In this document: positions 44,779 to 45,883 of the stretch, in pieces
Layout of the letters: every line of letters starts with the position of its first letter
How positions within the stretch are numbered: position 1 is the stretch's first letter
From: a virus
Lineage: Duplodnaviria; Caudoviricetes
Reading direction: 5' to 3' (one strand)
IMG/VR virus record: IMGVR_UViG_3300010362_000005
Span: 1-45,883 of that record
DNA: 45,883 bases
The notes under the pieces: model-generated
The model's database searches: none
The model's input: only the letters and a program-made list of their open reading frames with translations
What the model was told of the DNA's origin: nothing
Position numbers and translations under genes: made by a program

Positions 44779-45528
44779 ATGAGCTGGCTGTCGAGTTTCT
44801 GGAAGCACAACCGGAACTTCATCGGCAACGCCCTCAAGAACGTCTCGCCGGCGGCGTTCTTGATTCCGGGCGTGGGGCCGCTCGCTGCCGCGGGCCTCGC
44901 CGGCGCCGGCTCGGCGCTCGGGCGCGGCATCCAAGAGGGCGCCAACTTCGGTGACATCGTCCGGCAGGGCGTGCAGGGGGCCGGCCAAGCCTATCTCGGC
45001 GCGCGACTCACGGGCGGCCAAGGCAACTCGCTCCAGCGACTCAAGAATCTGTTCACCGGCGGCAGCGGCGGCTCGCCCGCCGCGCAGTCGGCGCGCGCCG
45101 TCGCGCAAAACGCGGGCAAGGTGCCGGAGATTTCTTTCACGCCCAGCTCGGCGGCTGGGGGAGGCGCGACGGCTGGCACTGCGGGCGAGTTGCCGGGGCT
45201 CTCCGTCACGCCCTCGGCGATCACGATGCCAGCGCCCGCCGCCGCACCGCTCCCCGGCGCGGCCGCCAATGCTCTCGGTGGCGCACACGGCGCGTCAGCC
45301 TTGAACCAGGCGCTGGCCTTCGCGAAGGCCAATCCGATGGCCGTCGCGCTGGGGCTCCAAGGCGCGGGCCAGCTCTCGCAGATCCCGCTCCAGCGCGCGC
45401 AACAACGGCAGATCGACTTGGAGAACACGCAACGCCAACAGGAAATCGAGCGGCAGCGCGCACGGGATGAAGCGCTCGCCCCGCTCTGGAAGCTCTTCGA
45501 GGCACGCCTTCGTGGGCAGTACACGTAA
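44779..45528 (+). CDS. Gly/Ala-rich pilot/ejection protein
   Basis: MSWLSSFWK..LIPGVGPLAAAGLAGAG; C-terminal coiled coil; AGGAG RBS. Confidence 0.65.
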   Translation: MSWLSSFWKHNRNFIGNALKNVSPAAFLIPGVGPLAAAGLAGAGSALGRGIQEGANFGDIVRQGVQGAGQAYLGARLTGGQGNSLQRLKNLFTGGSGGSPAAQSARAVAQNAGKVPEISFTPSSAAGGGATAGTAGELPGLSVTPSAITMPAPAAAPLPGAAANALGGAHGASALNQALAFAKANPMAVALGLQGAGQLSQIPLQRAQQRQIDLENTQRQQEIERQRARDEALAPLWKLFEARLRGQYT

Positions 45529-45547
45529 CGGTTTTTAGGAAACGCTC

Positions 45548-45883
45548 ATGGCCGACCTCGGCACCCTGCCCTCGACGCGCATTCTGGCGAATTCGCCGGG
45601 ATCGACGCAGAACCGGCGCCGCGGCCCGTATGCGGGCGCGTGGGGCCGCGCTGGGTCCACGCAGCAACAGACGCCGCAATCCGGCGGCGCGCCGCCACAG
45701 CCGCAGACGTTCGCGCAAATGCAACAAGCGGGGCTCGCGCGACCCGCCCCGCCGCCTCCGGGCGGCGCGGCACCAGCCACACAGACATACGCACAAGGGT
45801 CAGCCCAACCGGCTGGCCCTTCGTCGTTCTCGGCACAGCCGTCGCTCTCGCCCACGCTCTCGTCGATGCAGGCCGCGCCCACC
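45548..45883 (+). CDS. 5' part of the Gln-rich ejection protein (continues through the join to 1234)
   Basis: MADLGTLPSTRILANSPG... is open to the window end and in frame with ORF 104-1234. Confidence 0.75.
   Translation, partial: MADLGTLPSTRILANSPGSTQNRRRGPYAGAWGRAGSTQQQTPQSGGAPPQPQTFAQMQQAGLARPAPPPPGGAAPATQTYAQGSAQPAGPSSFSAQPSLSPTLSSMQAAPT
45763..45883. repeat. Terminal direct repeat, right copy
   Basis: Identical to 1-121. Confidence 0.97.

Overview
This window looks like a complete circular genome of a high-GC temperate phage with podovirus-like (P22/T7-type short-tail) gene content. Bases 1-121 are identical to 45763-45883, so the unique length is 45,762 bp and one gene spans the join. 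Modules in order: (1) ejection/internal virion genes, one carrying a ddrB-like ParB domain (44779 across the join to 7045); (2) small early genes (7-12.7 kb); (3) a cI/cro-like switch, Gp157, an annealing protein, xis and a tyrosine integrase, followed by an attP holding the 3' half of tRNA-Lys(UUU); (4) replication initiator and helicase loader; (5) a ~6.8 kb minus-strand anti-defence island (ArdA, Mom-like acetyltransferase, solo HicB, solo nucleotidyltransferase, HTH, secreted and lipoproteins); (6) terS, terL, eleven small genes, portal, scaffold, capsid, adaptor, nozzle and tail fibre. Most notable: a second att-like site between terS and terL that reproduces the core-to-arm geometry of attP exactly; four promoters sharing a TAGG-N9-CCTA operator with an Aca-like HTH candidate; a dispersed GTTG-N9-CAAC motif; attP splitting the early operon from the replication genes; and no recognisable endolysin. 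A Gemmatimonadota host is a tentative inference. All family assignments come from motif recognition by eye; no searches were run.
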